Positions 1 through 13,248 of a DNA stretch of 64,000 nt are shown in pieces. The DNA comes from Basidiobolus meristosporus CBS 931.73 (lineage: Eukaryota; Fungi; Basidiobolomycota): positions 62,001 through 126,000 of the forward strand of contig MCFE01000206.1 in the NCBI GenBank assembly GCA_002104905.1, in the 5' to 3' direction. Numbering within the stretch: position 1 is the first letter of the stretch; the number at the start of each line of letters is the position of its first letter. Position numbers and translations under genes: made by a program. The notes under the pieces are model-generated. The model had not been told where the DNA came from. It ran no database searches and saw only the letters and a list, made by a program, of their open reading frames with translations.

Positions 1-771
1 TTTATTGGTGGGTATATACCACTAGCAGATTTCAGACTTCAGACATCGCCTTGCATGCGAAACGCCTGGGAAAACAAGCCAAGAGCATATTCTGCTAATC
101 AAAGTCAACAAATATCTGGCGGAAACCACGCCTCGGTGCTCAGCATAGATTGATGGTTGGCCAGACACCGAGTTCATGCCCATTACGGCAGGCTTAAAGC
201 CACCAAGATCTTCTAAAACCAGGAGTAGTGTGGAGATTTTGGATGTGGAGCAATCTCGAGGTGAAGAGAGAAACGCTTTGTCGTGTGGTTGCTTTCCAGG
301 AAACTCGCGCGTCTTTGATTAAGGCATCTGGAGGGAGATATGCATATGGTCCAAATGTGCCTGCTGGTTGGCAACAACACTAAGCGTTTCTCTTCCCTCG
401 ACATCAAGCAAGTCACAATGTTTGTTTAGAAAGGAACAGCTTTGTGCTTGTGGCCAATGGGATGTTGGGTGCAGGATCACTTGTATGGCAGTCGATTATC
501 AATAAAAAAAAGGATCAAGTGAAAATTGAACGAGCTTTGAGTGATGGAAAAATGTGGGGATTGCATACCATGAAATATTATAGGATACGATCCAATAAGG
601 TTTACCAATTTATTTGATATTTGTAGAAATTGTTTTTGCTTCCAGTAACGAATTACAATTCAATTTATCTAGAAAGGATTGGCTAGCCAAGTGTGATTGA
701 AGTATTTCATGTATATTCCTCCTGGTAGGAAAATCTAGTTAGCAGCTCTGTCTCTTATTTCTTTCGTTGAT

Positions 772-3023
772 ATGACACCAAAGTCTATGCCAACAACACC
801 AGTAAGTAGAAAACGTTCCGCTAGTGTAGTCACTGCTGAGGAAGCTGCAAGTGCATTGACACAAAAGCTAGCCTCGCGTACAAAAACCCTACGACCTTTC
901 CTCAAACCTAAGCGTTCCAAACTCTCTACACCACGTACCAACAAAGTAGCACTCACACCAATCTCCTCTCGATCATCACCTGAACATTCCACCACTCCTT
1001 CCACCACTCCTTCGTCTACACCCACCGAACGACCCGCAAAGTATCGTAAGGTTACCCAAGATCCTTCTACGCCTGTTACGACCAATGCTGTTGAAAATCC
1101 AAGCACTGGCGATAATTGCTTAATCGCTTCTATCCCCAAAAGAAAAAGGGTAACTGATGTCAAGACTTCTGATACTTCAGGTAAGTTAAATTGTTCCCAC
1201 GAATCTATCGGACCTATAAGTAATAAAAGATTGATCTATTTCATAACCACTTGGAACAAGTGTTTTTACTGGCAGCTTTTCTAAAGCAAGTCATACACGT
1301 TTGGTAGTTTATTTAGCAAGCCAACACTAAACATTTTTTACGCTCACAGCAACCGCGACACCAGTCAAAGTCCCAGAAGCCGAATTTACCTTTCGAGTCT
1401 CGGAAGACGAAGCCAACGCCTCACCAAAAGGTAAACTATGGTCTTCGCCCAAAATTAGCGTTTCCTGTACTAACGTGACCAAGTTGAAAAACCAACGGAG
1501 AAAACTGAGTCATCATCTCCTACTTCACTCCTCGCCAGTATTTTCTCTCCCGCGCTGAACTTTTTCAAAAAAGTCCAAACGGGTTTGTAGCTTTGGTAAT
1601 GCTCAAGGCTTGTATTTGAATTAACCGGCAAATTCCATTAGGGGAAACCTTGAGAAGTTTGACTTCCGATTTTGCGAGCAGATTAAAAGATGGTTCAAAT
1701 GAGGAGAAGATTCCAGAGACTAATCTCCCTCCTTCCGAATGTATGTCTTATGAGCTTAATGAAGGGATTCCAACCTTTGGTATGCCTGCATTTGAACAAC
1801 GCTGCTATCAAGTTGATCGCTGATCTCTTATTTTACGATGAATAGCCGACAATCAGACCAACATTGATGAACCAAGCCAATACTGTCTTGATGCTCCGAT
1901 GAGTATCTCTGGGCATCAGGTATTGGATCCTATGGATGAGGAGAGTGAGTACGAAGAAGAGGAATTCAATCCGTAAGTCAATAGTTTTGATTCAATTCCA
2001 CAAACCTGGTTACCTAACATTTTTGTCAGATATCAATTCATGGCAAGTATCCCACCACCACCCCCCGAGGCTCTTCAACGGCCTTCAATCTTACCCAAGA
2101 AGACGCGTTCCAGCCCAAACATCACCTTAGGTAGATATGATTTCATGCAACCTTTCATGGACTATACGCTTATTCAATTGGTTTCCAGTGCTGGATTTGG
2201 ATGAAACGCTGGTTCATTGCAGTGTATCTGAGATGGGTATGTAAACCAAGTAGCCTCATCTTCTATACATCAGACTCAAGCCCTGTTTGCAGATAATCCA
2301 GATGTACGCTTTCCTGTACGCTTCCAAGGCATCGTTCAAGAAGTGTGTTGAACTTCTTAACTTTTAGTAAAGGCCAGAACCTAACGCTCCTTTCTAACTT
2401 CTAGGTGAGAGGGCGTTTGCGTCCATACGCTGTGGAATTCCTGAAGCGTGCTTCAGAGCACTTCGAGATCGCCATCTTTACCGCTTCGCAGAAGGCTTAT
2501 GCTGATCGTCTATTGAATCTTATTGATCCCAAACGCAGCTACATCAAGTAATACATGTAATTGGCTGGCAATGTCGGCGGTTGCTAACTCTGTTCAACAA
2601 GATACCGACTGTTCCGTGACTCCTGCGTATATGTGGAAGGGAACTATATCAAGGATTTACGTGTCTTGGGCCGTGACTTGGCGAAAACTATTATCGTAGA
2701 TAACTCACCAATAGGTATTCGTCGCATCCTTCGATTCATCCAATACAGAGCTAACTCGCTCCTTAGCCTTCTCATACCAGATCACCAACGGTGTCCCCAT
2801 TAAGAGTTGGTATGATGATCCAGTGAGTATCAATTCCACACTTCCTTAAGCGTATTCTACACAGGCTGACGGATGGAGAATACCTTTTTTGTAGGATGAC
2901 ACGGAGCTTATTCAAGTGTTGGAATTCTTACAAACTCTCGTTGACGTTGAGGACGTTCGACCACTGATCGACAAACAGTTCCAAATGACGAAATTAGTCC
3001 AAGACTCCGCACCTTTTCCTTAA
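772..3023 (+). CDS. CTDSPL2: CTD small phosphatase-like (FCP1/SCP HAD family), multi-exon
   Basis: Manual splicing over GT-AG introns gives a low-complexity N-terminus, [29 protein letters not shown], then [12 protein letters not shown] (DxDxT/V), [57 protein letters not shown] and [12 protein letters not shown]; TAA at 3021-3023. Confidence 0.9.
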
Positions 3024-3548
3024 TCCGAGATGTTATATTGTGTCTTCAACCGAAGTATCATCATTTGGATAGCCCTCATCAGCCGACGGTGTTTCCGGAT
3101 TCCCTTCTAATATCAACCTGTCTTGTTTGCTCTGTCAATAGGTTTTTGACATCCTCTTCGATTAATATTGTATTCTTACTATAGCAAACAGCTTCGAAGT
3201 GGCGTTCCTATTTCCTATTATTAGTTTTTGTACCGAATTGCTAACCCAACTTACCATCCTATCGTCATCGTTACTCTCGCTCAAGTCTTTTATTCATACC
3301 CATTATTGTTATTTGTTATCAGTTTCTTAGAAGGAAATAAAATATGTGTATATAGATTTTGAGGCAGAATTGCCGTTTCCGCTCTATGCTATTTGACTGG
3401 TGAGGTGAAACGCCATACTTTTAAAGCTCAAGTGAATGTTTATTGCCATTCGAGACGGAATGAGTGTTCAAGCTACATCGATAAATTACACATCTGTTCA
3501 TAGATTGATGAGTGGGGGCTGGTATTGATCACCACAATAAACGATATG

Positions 3549-3769
3549 TTATTGAAGCTTGTCTCTGATCTGCTGCTTTTCCTGTTTCTGTGGAGAGATC
3601 GTGGAGTCAGTATCCCTGTAATGGGTCAAGAAAGCTCGGGGATGCTGGGACAAACCTTCAGCTTATGCTGCTTCTGCTCCTCCTTTTTCTCAGCTTTAGA
3701 TTTTGGCCTGTTCTTGTCAGCCTTCATTTTTGGGTTCTCCTTCTCTTTGGCAGTCTGCTTACGAGGCAT
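3549..3769 (-). CDS. Putative 50-aa Lys/Glu/Gln-rich microprotein, two exons
   Basis: Exon 3769-3656, intron 3655-3588 (GTTTGT..CTGAC..CAG), exon 3587-3549; spliced product MPRKQTAKEKENPKMKADKNRPKSKAEKKEEQKQHKLKKQEKQQIRDKLQ*. Confidence 0.6.
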
Positions 3770-6266
3770 GTTCTTGAATGTGTGTGCTCTTTGAGTGACT
3801 GGCTTCTCGTCACGAAGCCTTATATACACATCTCCCAATATACCGACCCCCAAGGCAAACCACTTACCCACAAGAGTTTCAGCCACCGTAAGCAATAAAG
3901 TGATTGGGTATATCCGCCGGAACCACCAATTTAATCTCTATCCAGCTGACTTGTTGCAAATAAATTCAAGTGTCGATGTTCACTCCAATTGGTTTCTTGC
4001 GCAAGTCAGTATCATTATTTGGGCCTCCTAAAGGCTGATATCACCACGTCGCCACTTGGTTTCAAGACTCGATGAAGGATATCATGAAGTATCCCGACAA
4101 AGCATATGTCCTTATCGTACATCTCACATCCCGCTGGCCAATAAACTCTGCCTCTCAACCCCCATACCTTTATCACGGAACCCGATTCTCGGCTGAGGCA
4201 GTAAAAGAAACGGACGTCCTACAGGCCAGAGGTAACGAAACCTATGTTCAGATCCAATGCAGTTGGTCTCGATATCCCCGGATGAGTGCTAATTGAACAG
4301 GGTCAACACGTATTGGCATGGGCCGATCACGGGGTTTTACGATCAACTGGTCAGAGCAGTTGAGAATACAGCGATCGAGTTGTGATTTTAAAGGCTTATT
4401 ATTGAAATCTTTGACCCCAGCCGAATGCTAGATCAGTCAGTTCAAGTGTCTGGTGCACCACAAACCAATAGACCTTCAGTGGCGTTAGAGGATGGCCAGA
4501 TCAGATGGTATGCTTGTGAGATGGTGCTCAATCCTGATAGCATGAATTTGAAGTTGCATTACCAATAGAGCGGCTCCGTATTCTCCAAAATAATCCGAAC
4601 CTCTCAGGAAGATTAGGCTCTGGTGGGGCAGTCCTCTGGAGGATCAAGGAAAGATAGAGTGCAGTGCTATGGGATATCGGAAGATTGTCGGGTTAGAGCC
4701 CATTGTGGGAATACCTAAATTATAGTGAAAGATACAGTGCCACCAGTTTAGTAAATGATGGAATCTAATCTGCCGCTTGTGTAGGCAAACGAAAAATTTA
4801 AGTGGCATTTAACTTCACACGACGAGAAAATTGCCTGGTACACGAAGTTCTTTATTTGGATTAACTTAATCTCGGGTGCGTGCAATGTACCGGAGAGGAA
4901 AAGGTGGAAGCTGTATCGGAATCTTGAACAGGTGGATACGGAGTGGAAAGTCCAAAAATAAGAGGTAGGGTGGCCCGTGTTTATCATGCGAGCCACAGGT
5001 TGTAGCTTACCCCGATAAAGGCCCATATTCGAGGCTCTTAATGTTCTACGATTCTGTCTGAAATGTTATAATAACAACCACAGATGACGAATGTCAAATT
5101 TTCTTCGTAGCATGTGGTACATCAATTCGATTATGAATCGATGGTTTGACAACAGTACCGGCTCAAAGGATGCCTCTGCGATCACAGGAAAGACCATAGA
5201 GTAATATGGTGAAAGAAAATATGCTTTTGGGTTTATGTTGCTCAAAAGATATGGTTGAATTTAGATTGTGGGGCAGATTTGTGAATTAAAGTAACGGTGA
5301 GCAAGGGGAGCTGTACGTTTACACACATCCAAACAGATCATTTGTACCCTGGTAAACGAGAGGGGTGGATACTACATGTCACATGTGGCAACATCAACTT
5401 GATGTAAGATTGGAAACAGCCTTGGCTATATATCTCGTGGCTTTTGTCGAGGTTTACCGTGGCCCTAACCATCCCTAACTGCTAATGAGCTTCGATGTGG
5501 CAAGTTGCTTCTATATTAGGGCCATGCTCTTGATTGCCATGGTGAAGTAGTGTATGAATTTGGGACTAGTTCCTTTATGGGCTAATTGTATACCATATTG
5601 GAATTACCTAAAATACTTATCAAAAGACCCGATAATGATAATCAGGAGATGTATCTTACAACATGTCAGAAACCTTAATTCGGGGCCACTTGTTACTGCA
5701 ATCTCTCTTGATGTTCAGAGTTCTTTGTGTTCACCCTTTTTTCATTAGCTTCGAGAAACCATTGTCGTCACTCCATTGGTTTATGGTTTATGGTGGATTA
5801 GGTCTTGAAATAGAATGAGGAATCCAAGCCATCTCTGTTGTAGGTGTCTGCTACCTTATATTCTAGGAGCAGTGTTCAGCATAAACTTCATCTTAAGAAT
5901 AACAGTCATCCTTTTTCACACACCTTGAAATAACCGCAGGGTTGACCGAATTCGCACATCACCTGGAATCATGGTGTCATTGTGGATATCCAGTTTGTTG
6001 GATGAATTTTCTTATTAGCAATCATCAACTATCAGCGTGGAATATTTCCTAACACCATAGCCAACTTGCGAATTTATAGGTTCATTCATTGGTGGGAGAC
6101 TAGGGCGAATTTAGAAGGTCGAATGGATCACTGAGCTGGACAAATGATTAGATCTATCTTTTTGGGGAGTTTCGTCAGACTGGCTTCTAGATCCAATATA
6201 AATACGATTGCTCAACACCTCCGTTCAACAACGCAGCCTCGTGTCAAAACCTATATACATTCTCCA

Positions 6267-7810
6267 ATGACAGGTACAATTATCTAAGCTTACGCTTGCC
6301 TTCATTTCACTAACGCCTCACGTAACTAGACAAGCATTCTACTAGCCCCGACTTTGAGCATCAGCACAATGTTGGTCAAAAGCACAACGAAGAAGTGACC
6401 CCGCAAGGTGTGAGATCTGCTTCCGATATAGCAGCATTTTGGCATTTACTGTGTATTCTGGCTGGAAGTGGCTCCGTATCCTTTATGCTTTGACGATAAC
6501 AGTGAATCGATTTCTGATTTCTGGTGTGTTGCCTTTAACTCAATGCCTGTAGCTCTCACTACCATATGTCGTCGGAAATGCTGGGTGGATTGCTATCATC
6601 ATTATCGTCCTGTGCACAGCGTTTGCTATCTACAACAACGTACTTCTCGTTCGATGCCTATACGCCATACCGTAATGTTGCATCGCTTTCTCCGCCTTCA
6701 TGCCTCTTGTTTTAATCCGTTGAGTTTAGTGATCGCCGTCTCACTTCGTATACCGAGATTGGTCAGGCCTCTTTTGGCATCGTGGGAAAAGTGGCAGTAT
6801 GGTTCTTCCACAATTCTATTGTCATTGGAGGTCCTATCGTCTATATGATCCTGGCGGGTACTAACATCTATTCCCTGGTGGAACCACTCGGCGTTACTCT
6901 CACGAAGCAGAACTGGATCATGATCTGCGCCGCTTTGGTTTTCATTCCTTTTGTTATCTTCCGTAACATTAGAGAAATAACCGTCCTATCCTTCTTCGGT
7001 ACATTCACCACCATCTTTGCTATCATTGTGGTGGTTGTTGTCAGTTTCATGAGCCTTGACAAAGCGAAGGCTGACCCGACTCGCCACCACGAGTTCGTTA
7101 ACTGGGGACAAATCCCGCTCTCACTTGGATCCATTGGTTTTTCGTTTGGTGGTAACGTTGTTTTCCCTCACGTCGAAGCCACCATGAAGAATCCCAAGGC
7201 TTGGAATCGAGTGATGTCGTTGGCTATTTCTGCCGTGGCAATTCTCTATCTCTTGATAGCAGTCTGCGGTTACTATGTCTTTGGTAGCGCCGCTGAAGCC
7301 CCCATCTTCGCAAACCTCAAGCCATACAACCCCGCCACCATTGTTGCTGTAATTCTGATTACTATGCATGTGCTTCTGGCATCCCCTCTCTTCTTGTTTG
7401 GGTTTGTCAACGAAATCGAGCACAATTTCCACATTAATCAAGAGCGCTTCTCGAATGTGGCATATTACTCCATCAGAACTGCGATTCGTGTTGCCACCAT
7501 TTTCTTTGTTGGCCTTATTGCAGTGATTGTACCATATTTTGGTGACTTTATGTCATTGATTGGTGCCCTCTCCGAATGTATGACCGTCTTCGTAAGTAGC
7601 CGCTTGTTTCATGTTTGTAGGCTATAGTCTGAACGTGTTCGCATATAGGTATTACCTGTGATCTGCTATCTCAAGCTCTACGGATGGAGAAGATGCAATA
7701 TTCCCCAATTAATCTGGTTCGCACTTACCATCGTAATCGGCACCATCGGTTGTGTCTGGGGATCCATTGATGCTGTCATCACCCTGAAGAAAGACTTCGA
7801 GTCTGACTAA
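6267..7810 (+). CDS. Amino-acid transporter, AAAP/Aa_trans (AVT-like) family, multi-exon
   Basis: Spliced MTDKHS..SASDIAAFWHLLCILAGSGS-LSLPYVVGNAGW..SYTEIGQASFG; multiple TM helices; FSFGGNVVFPHVEATMKNPK; PYFGDFMSLIGA; ends KKDFESD*. Confidence 0.9.
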
Positions 7811-8761
7811 AGTCCCTCACCTCATTAGATTTAAAAAGGCATGAAAATGGTGATAATGGATAGTTGATCTTTGAAAAGCATACACATATCCCATCTCTAA
7901 TCTAGCAATCCCGTTTTATATCCATATATTTAATTCATAACCATATCATTTAGATTCCCCATCTCAACTTGGATCAACAAACCAATAAACCGCGCTGTAT
8001 GGCGATGTTCATCGAGTACCTGCTAACATGATGCGTACCCATCATTGGATGAAATACACAACATCCAGCATGTTCATCGGCCCAATCAGTTCCGGCTACA
8101 ATAGCGGGCGGCGGATCTCGACAAAGAAATATGAAAACAGCAGAATGATCCAATATTTCGGCACCAGGATTCCCAGGACCATTAATAACCAGCCCCACAT
8201 ATCCAGATGGCCATGCTCCTATTTGGGTAGGGAAATCGGATGACGAAACACAAGCATCGATCATTTGTTACTTCGAGCCTCTAAGTGGAAACGAGATTAT
8301 TCATGCCAAGGTGGCATGGGTGATGGGGCGGAATTTTGGAGCAATACCAGGTAGGAATCCCGATCAATAATCAAGAGCTGCGAAATGAATCAGTGGATGA
8401 ATGCGATTACCAATCCCCTTTCTGGGAATCATCAGTCCGTACACTCGCCAGTCCAACCTTGCCTACTTGAAAAACCAAGAGGCAGATATCAAAAGAGCTT
8501 CCGGCTTCATATATGGATATCACCATCCTCCTTTTATGGAATGTGCTACTCTAGTGCGTGTTAGTATATTTATTTTTTAGACAGAATCTAATTCTACACT
8601 TTAATCAGCAAGGTGCCAAATCTTCTTGTATATCGTTAGATACAAGAGGAAGTTAGCAAAAATTGGGCGTAGTTGCTTAAAGTCCCGAAGCAAGCTATCG
8701 ACTAGCACAGTAATGGTACTAATGTTCCATAAAATAGATATTTAGTGGAGGAGCTTTTGGT

Positions 8762-10060
8762 CTATGAGGTATTGGATATCCTGTTGTTTCTATATTTGTT
8801 CCTTAAAGCCAAATATAGAGCTAGTTCCTTAACGGTAGGGCGTTTGACTGATCCGCTGACAGCTTTGACCAAAAGAGAGCATAAGGCTGCTACATCCACT
8901 ATCACCCTCGTCATGATCTGCGGCAAATCATGGGCGGCTTTCTCAACGGAAAGACTCTTTTTCAAAAAGGCAAAAAGGTCTTCTTCCTGAGATTCGCTAA
9001 ACTCTAAATTATGCATATCCTCAGAGTGACTGAGGCCTTTTTGACTGTCCAAAGGCTCGTCCCCATTGAGAGTCTGGATATCTTCTTCTGCTTCGGTAAA
9101 CTCTTGCGCTTCAACCAGCTTATCCATCTTCTTGAATTCCTTGTTCACACTTTCCCTTCGGAGGACCGTGCTCTCAACAGAGCTTCGGCGACTGCGACTA
9201 ATGGTCACTACCGAAGACCTCGATCCACGTCGAAAATGCAAACTTAGACCGGAAGACTCGCCTCGCTCTAGCACAGTTTCGGCTTGATCAATAAGATTTT
9301 GAAGAACGCCGCTCAGGCGGTCGTAGCGTTCATCGACATCTTCCGATTCCGACAAGAAATCCTCAAGAAATGCCTCGTTAAACTCCTATTGAGGATCCGA
9401 ACACGAAGTCTTATTAGTCACGGGTTGGATATAGCCGACTGAAGCACTGATTCAACTTACGTCGAACACGATCCCTTCATCATACGCATCTTCATGCTCG
9501 TATCCACCTTCATCGTCGAAGCTATTTGTGAACGATTGGGTTCGCTACATTAGAATGCACCGCATGAATAAATCAGTCCCATCCACCACTTACAACGAGA
9601 ACGTTATCTCTGGCGCTTCTGCTCGATTCCTACAAATGCCCCTATCAGTGAACTTGCATGGGATGGCATACAATGAAAAAATGGTATTAACTGGGCTAGC
9701 TTTTCCTGCATGCCATCGATCACTTCTTGCTGCTTCTCAAGCTGCTGTTGAAGAGTCTGTATAAGGTCAGTCATCGCAGTCATCTGGTGGGCGATTCACA
9801 AGCATATCAAATGAGTGTATAGTGAGTATCAATTGTCCTTGCCCAGTGCACAGCGAGGCGGTTGTAAAATGTACCTCCTGACAAATATCACCCGAGCCCG
9901 ACGTGTTGATGATAGGGCTTGTCGTAGAAGAAATAGTATTGCTTCGGATGATTCGTGGTCTGCCAACACCTACACTAACATAGAACGGCGCGTTCAACTT
10001 CTCCAAGTCATGTGGATCAAGTCCGACATGAGGTGCCTCTGAGGATAATTGATCAGACAT
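8762..10060 (-). CDS. Hypothetical multi-exon protein with coiled-coil and acidic segments
   Basis: ORF pieces 10060-9767 and 9355-8762, plus an internal frame IQTLQQQLEKQQEVIDGMQEKLAQ; GTAAGT/CTAAT/TAG splice signals near 9.4-9.6 kb; exact exon structure unresolved. Confidence 0.6.
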
Positions 10061-11696
10061 CTGTGATGAACGATGGCGTTGTTAAGCGGTAGGTATAAGG
10101 AGACAAAGCGAATGCTAGAGAAAGGGAGGCAACAGATTGAACTTCACGTTAGCGTGTAGGAGAGAGAGATAGTTATAGGTAAACGGAAACCTTAAAATAT
10201 TTAATTGAATCAAAGTCTCTGACTTTCGAAGCACAAAGCTAGGGATCAATCAAGGACTTGATGGGAGGAAGAAATAGTGGATCGGGTTCAAACTGATTCG
10301 CCTTAAATATAGAGGCCCTCGACCTGGAAAGGATACGCAGCGAAATGCTATGCATACCAATGCGCCAACACGTAAGAGAATTGTTGAAGGTCGGGAAATG
10401 AGTAGCGAGGATATATGTTGGTTCCCGTTTCAAATGGTTAACTGTGTATAGGAATCTTGCAAACGGAAATGAGCCCATATATTTAGGTACAATATATACA
10501 GCAATGTAGAGGAGTAATGTACATTTATGCATCAACACACAAAACGATTGTTGTGAAAGTAGGCTGAAAATTAATGGTAGTGCCCGTACCAAATTATGAT
10601 CGGAGAGATTGTTTCAATGTGATCAGGTGGGAAACAATCATCCCATTCTTCAACACATCTCGTAATATAGTATGTCCGCAAGATACGCTTTTTACTTTTT
10701 TGTATGGCGAATCCAAAGAATCGCTGTACTAACGAGTGGAGATCTGCCATTGTCTAGGATGGCCCAACCTCTAATTCTCGATATCTAATCATATACTTTG
10801 CCCCATGAATTTGGATATATTTAGTTGGCCACAGGGCAGGGATTGGCGGTTAGATTCACTACTCTACATGTATATTAGCCAAGCAAGATATGTCCTGGGC
10901 TCACGTGTATAATTCACTGTCGAGCATTGCAGTGAATGGAAGCTACGAAAGATTCATCATGGTTCCCAGGCGACTTCATGATTACGACCCAGGTCGATGA
11001 TGAGATGCGATTCTAACAATTTCCACCTAGACCTCAGTTGTTCAGGCTCAGTTGGTTGGAAAGGAGTGAGTATCCGAGTGTTTCTAAACCCTCGAAATGA
11101 AACGTATGGGGACTGTTGACAATAATCCTTGTTCGTACATAGGAATATTCCTGATTTGATAGGAATAAACTTTTCATCAAAATCAATCCCCCGGAACGGG
11201 CACTTTTTATTTGTGGTAGTTGAATTGATATATAGAAATATCCAATGAGCAATGCTGTATCTATACATCGTTTTTATTATTATTTTGCCACCTATACTTG
11301 TGCAATTAGGGATCTCTTGTTGGAGTCCTCAGGCAGTGGGCATACACAAAACAAGAAAATAGAGTGTAACCAACCCTTTGCTCCACAACATTCAGAGAAC
11401 ACTGATCATAGTAGGAGGACAGTCAATGAGGAACCTTCCGATAACTGCCTCGATTGCTAGGGTGGATTATGTATACTACTACAGCGCTGTAGTCATGCCT
11501 ATAGTTTATTCAAGTAATTCAGCAATTCAAGTTCCTGGAAGGTAGATATTACATAGTTGTGTAGCAACAAAAGAACATGGCCATTTCTATGGGGTTGTAA
11601 AGTAGGCAATCTTCGGCACCCGAAACCTCCTGAATATTTACAAGATTCCCACAGCAGGTGTACCCACTGATATACATTCTCTATCGGAATCCCGAA

Positions 11697-12537
11697 TTAC
11701 ATTGCTGGTGGGAAATAGGCAAGATATAGTTTTGACATACGGACTGATATTCGTTCATAGCGCTCTTGGTCGTTTCTTGCTTGGATTAGGACAACTGCCG
11801 CAACTAGGGCAAATACATCTACGGCTACAAAGCCAAACAACGCGGTATATATGTTTCGGAGATAGTTATCCATGTAAATGTGAATCATGTCTACACATCC
11901 GGGCCAGTTGTCTCCTAACCCTGTCTCGGTAGCTCTACAGGAGTACGAGACGGCAGGGTAGTCGGTACTATCAAAGTAGCCACAGCAATTATCCTTTGTT
12001 GATAGGGAATAAATTAAATCAATGATGAACAGTAGCCAGAAACCAGAGTAATCATTACCGTTTCTTGAAATAGTGCTCGAAGGGCTGGATCCCAGGTTCG
12101 CCATTTTTCTGAGAAACTGGCACGGATGTCGAGGGATCGAAACCATATTAATGCGCCTAAAGACAGCTCTATCACCAATACTGCAACTACCAGCCAGCTG
12201 TACGTGACTAGCCACACTTTGCGCCGTACAGGATAGATCGAGCCGTAGAGTCCGACGATAGCGGATATGATTGTAATGACACCAACTACTAGTCCAGCTT
12301 TCTCGCGTAATTCATCATCAGAATTTACATTTACTGTGGAGAACGAAAGACAGAGCACTCACCTATCAAGATATCTTGGGTAACAACTACTCTCCTTCTG
12401 GCATATGGCGTGGTCCAGAAGTATGCACCCACACTGACCGCCACCAGCCCAGAGGCCAGAAAAATTAGTGTCAAGATGAAGAACGATAGCCTGACATTGG
12501 AATTGATTCTCATGCGTCGACCAGACATCTCATTCAA
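11697..12537 (-). CDS. Tetraspanin-family membrane protein, three exons
   Basis: Four hydrophobic helices; large extracellular loop with the CCG motif (DNCCGY) and further Cys (YSC, PGC); the ORF-track pieces join across two introns. Confidence 0.85.
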
Positions 12538-13248
12538 TGGTATGGTTGAGGGCTTGATTCTGTACTGGCTACTCCTCTATATTTGATGAAAGGTTTACGA
12601 ATTGGGATTAAGGTCGATTTTAGTGTGTTAGAGAAAGAAGAGTTAGGCTGGATTGTACTGGTGATGTTATAATATAGAAGGCTTGAGGTCTTCTACATAA
12701 ATTGTTAGTTTTAAGGTAATTTCAAGACCAATTGCATTGGGGCAAACAAACCTAGACTCCTTGCAGATATATATACCTTTCTCTTGACCTCAAGTGGTCT
12801 GGTGAGTATAGATGCATGGATCGTGTGTACGTCCACATGCAATGACAATCATCACCATTGTGCCGTAGTCCCATATCTGTGATCCATTGGTTTTCCTAGT
12901 AAAATAGATAATTGCTTGCGAGACAATCCCCACACAACCCCTCGAAGGACCTGGCCAAAGGTGCTGCGTGAAATTTCCATTGACCAAATCAAGATACGAC
13001 GGTGGCATTTGTTTGAGATGCTTCAAACGCATGCGATGTTCCTGGAAAAACCTTAATTCCACCCAACAACGATTCTTGAAACGAATTTGTTGATGAATAC
13101 TGGGTGAATAACGCGGCACAATGCTCGTTCCATTTATTGATTACAAACTATCACTGGAAAATACCGATGTTCTGATGGAGAGGATCCTTTCTATTTCCAT
13201 ACTCATATAACAAGATTCAAAAAGAATTGCCGCGGCTTACAAGTACAT

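Noticed and set aside
735-1163. Antisense ORFs overlapping real genes (also 6868-7441, 34993-35262, 48772-50209, 60630-60938)
   Set aside because: They are shadows of coding sequence on the opposite strand.
5463-5479. CCCTAACCATCCCTAAC telomere-like pair
   Set aside because: Isolated, in the opposite orientation, with no hairpin or LINE sequence adjacent; compatible with chance.
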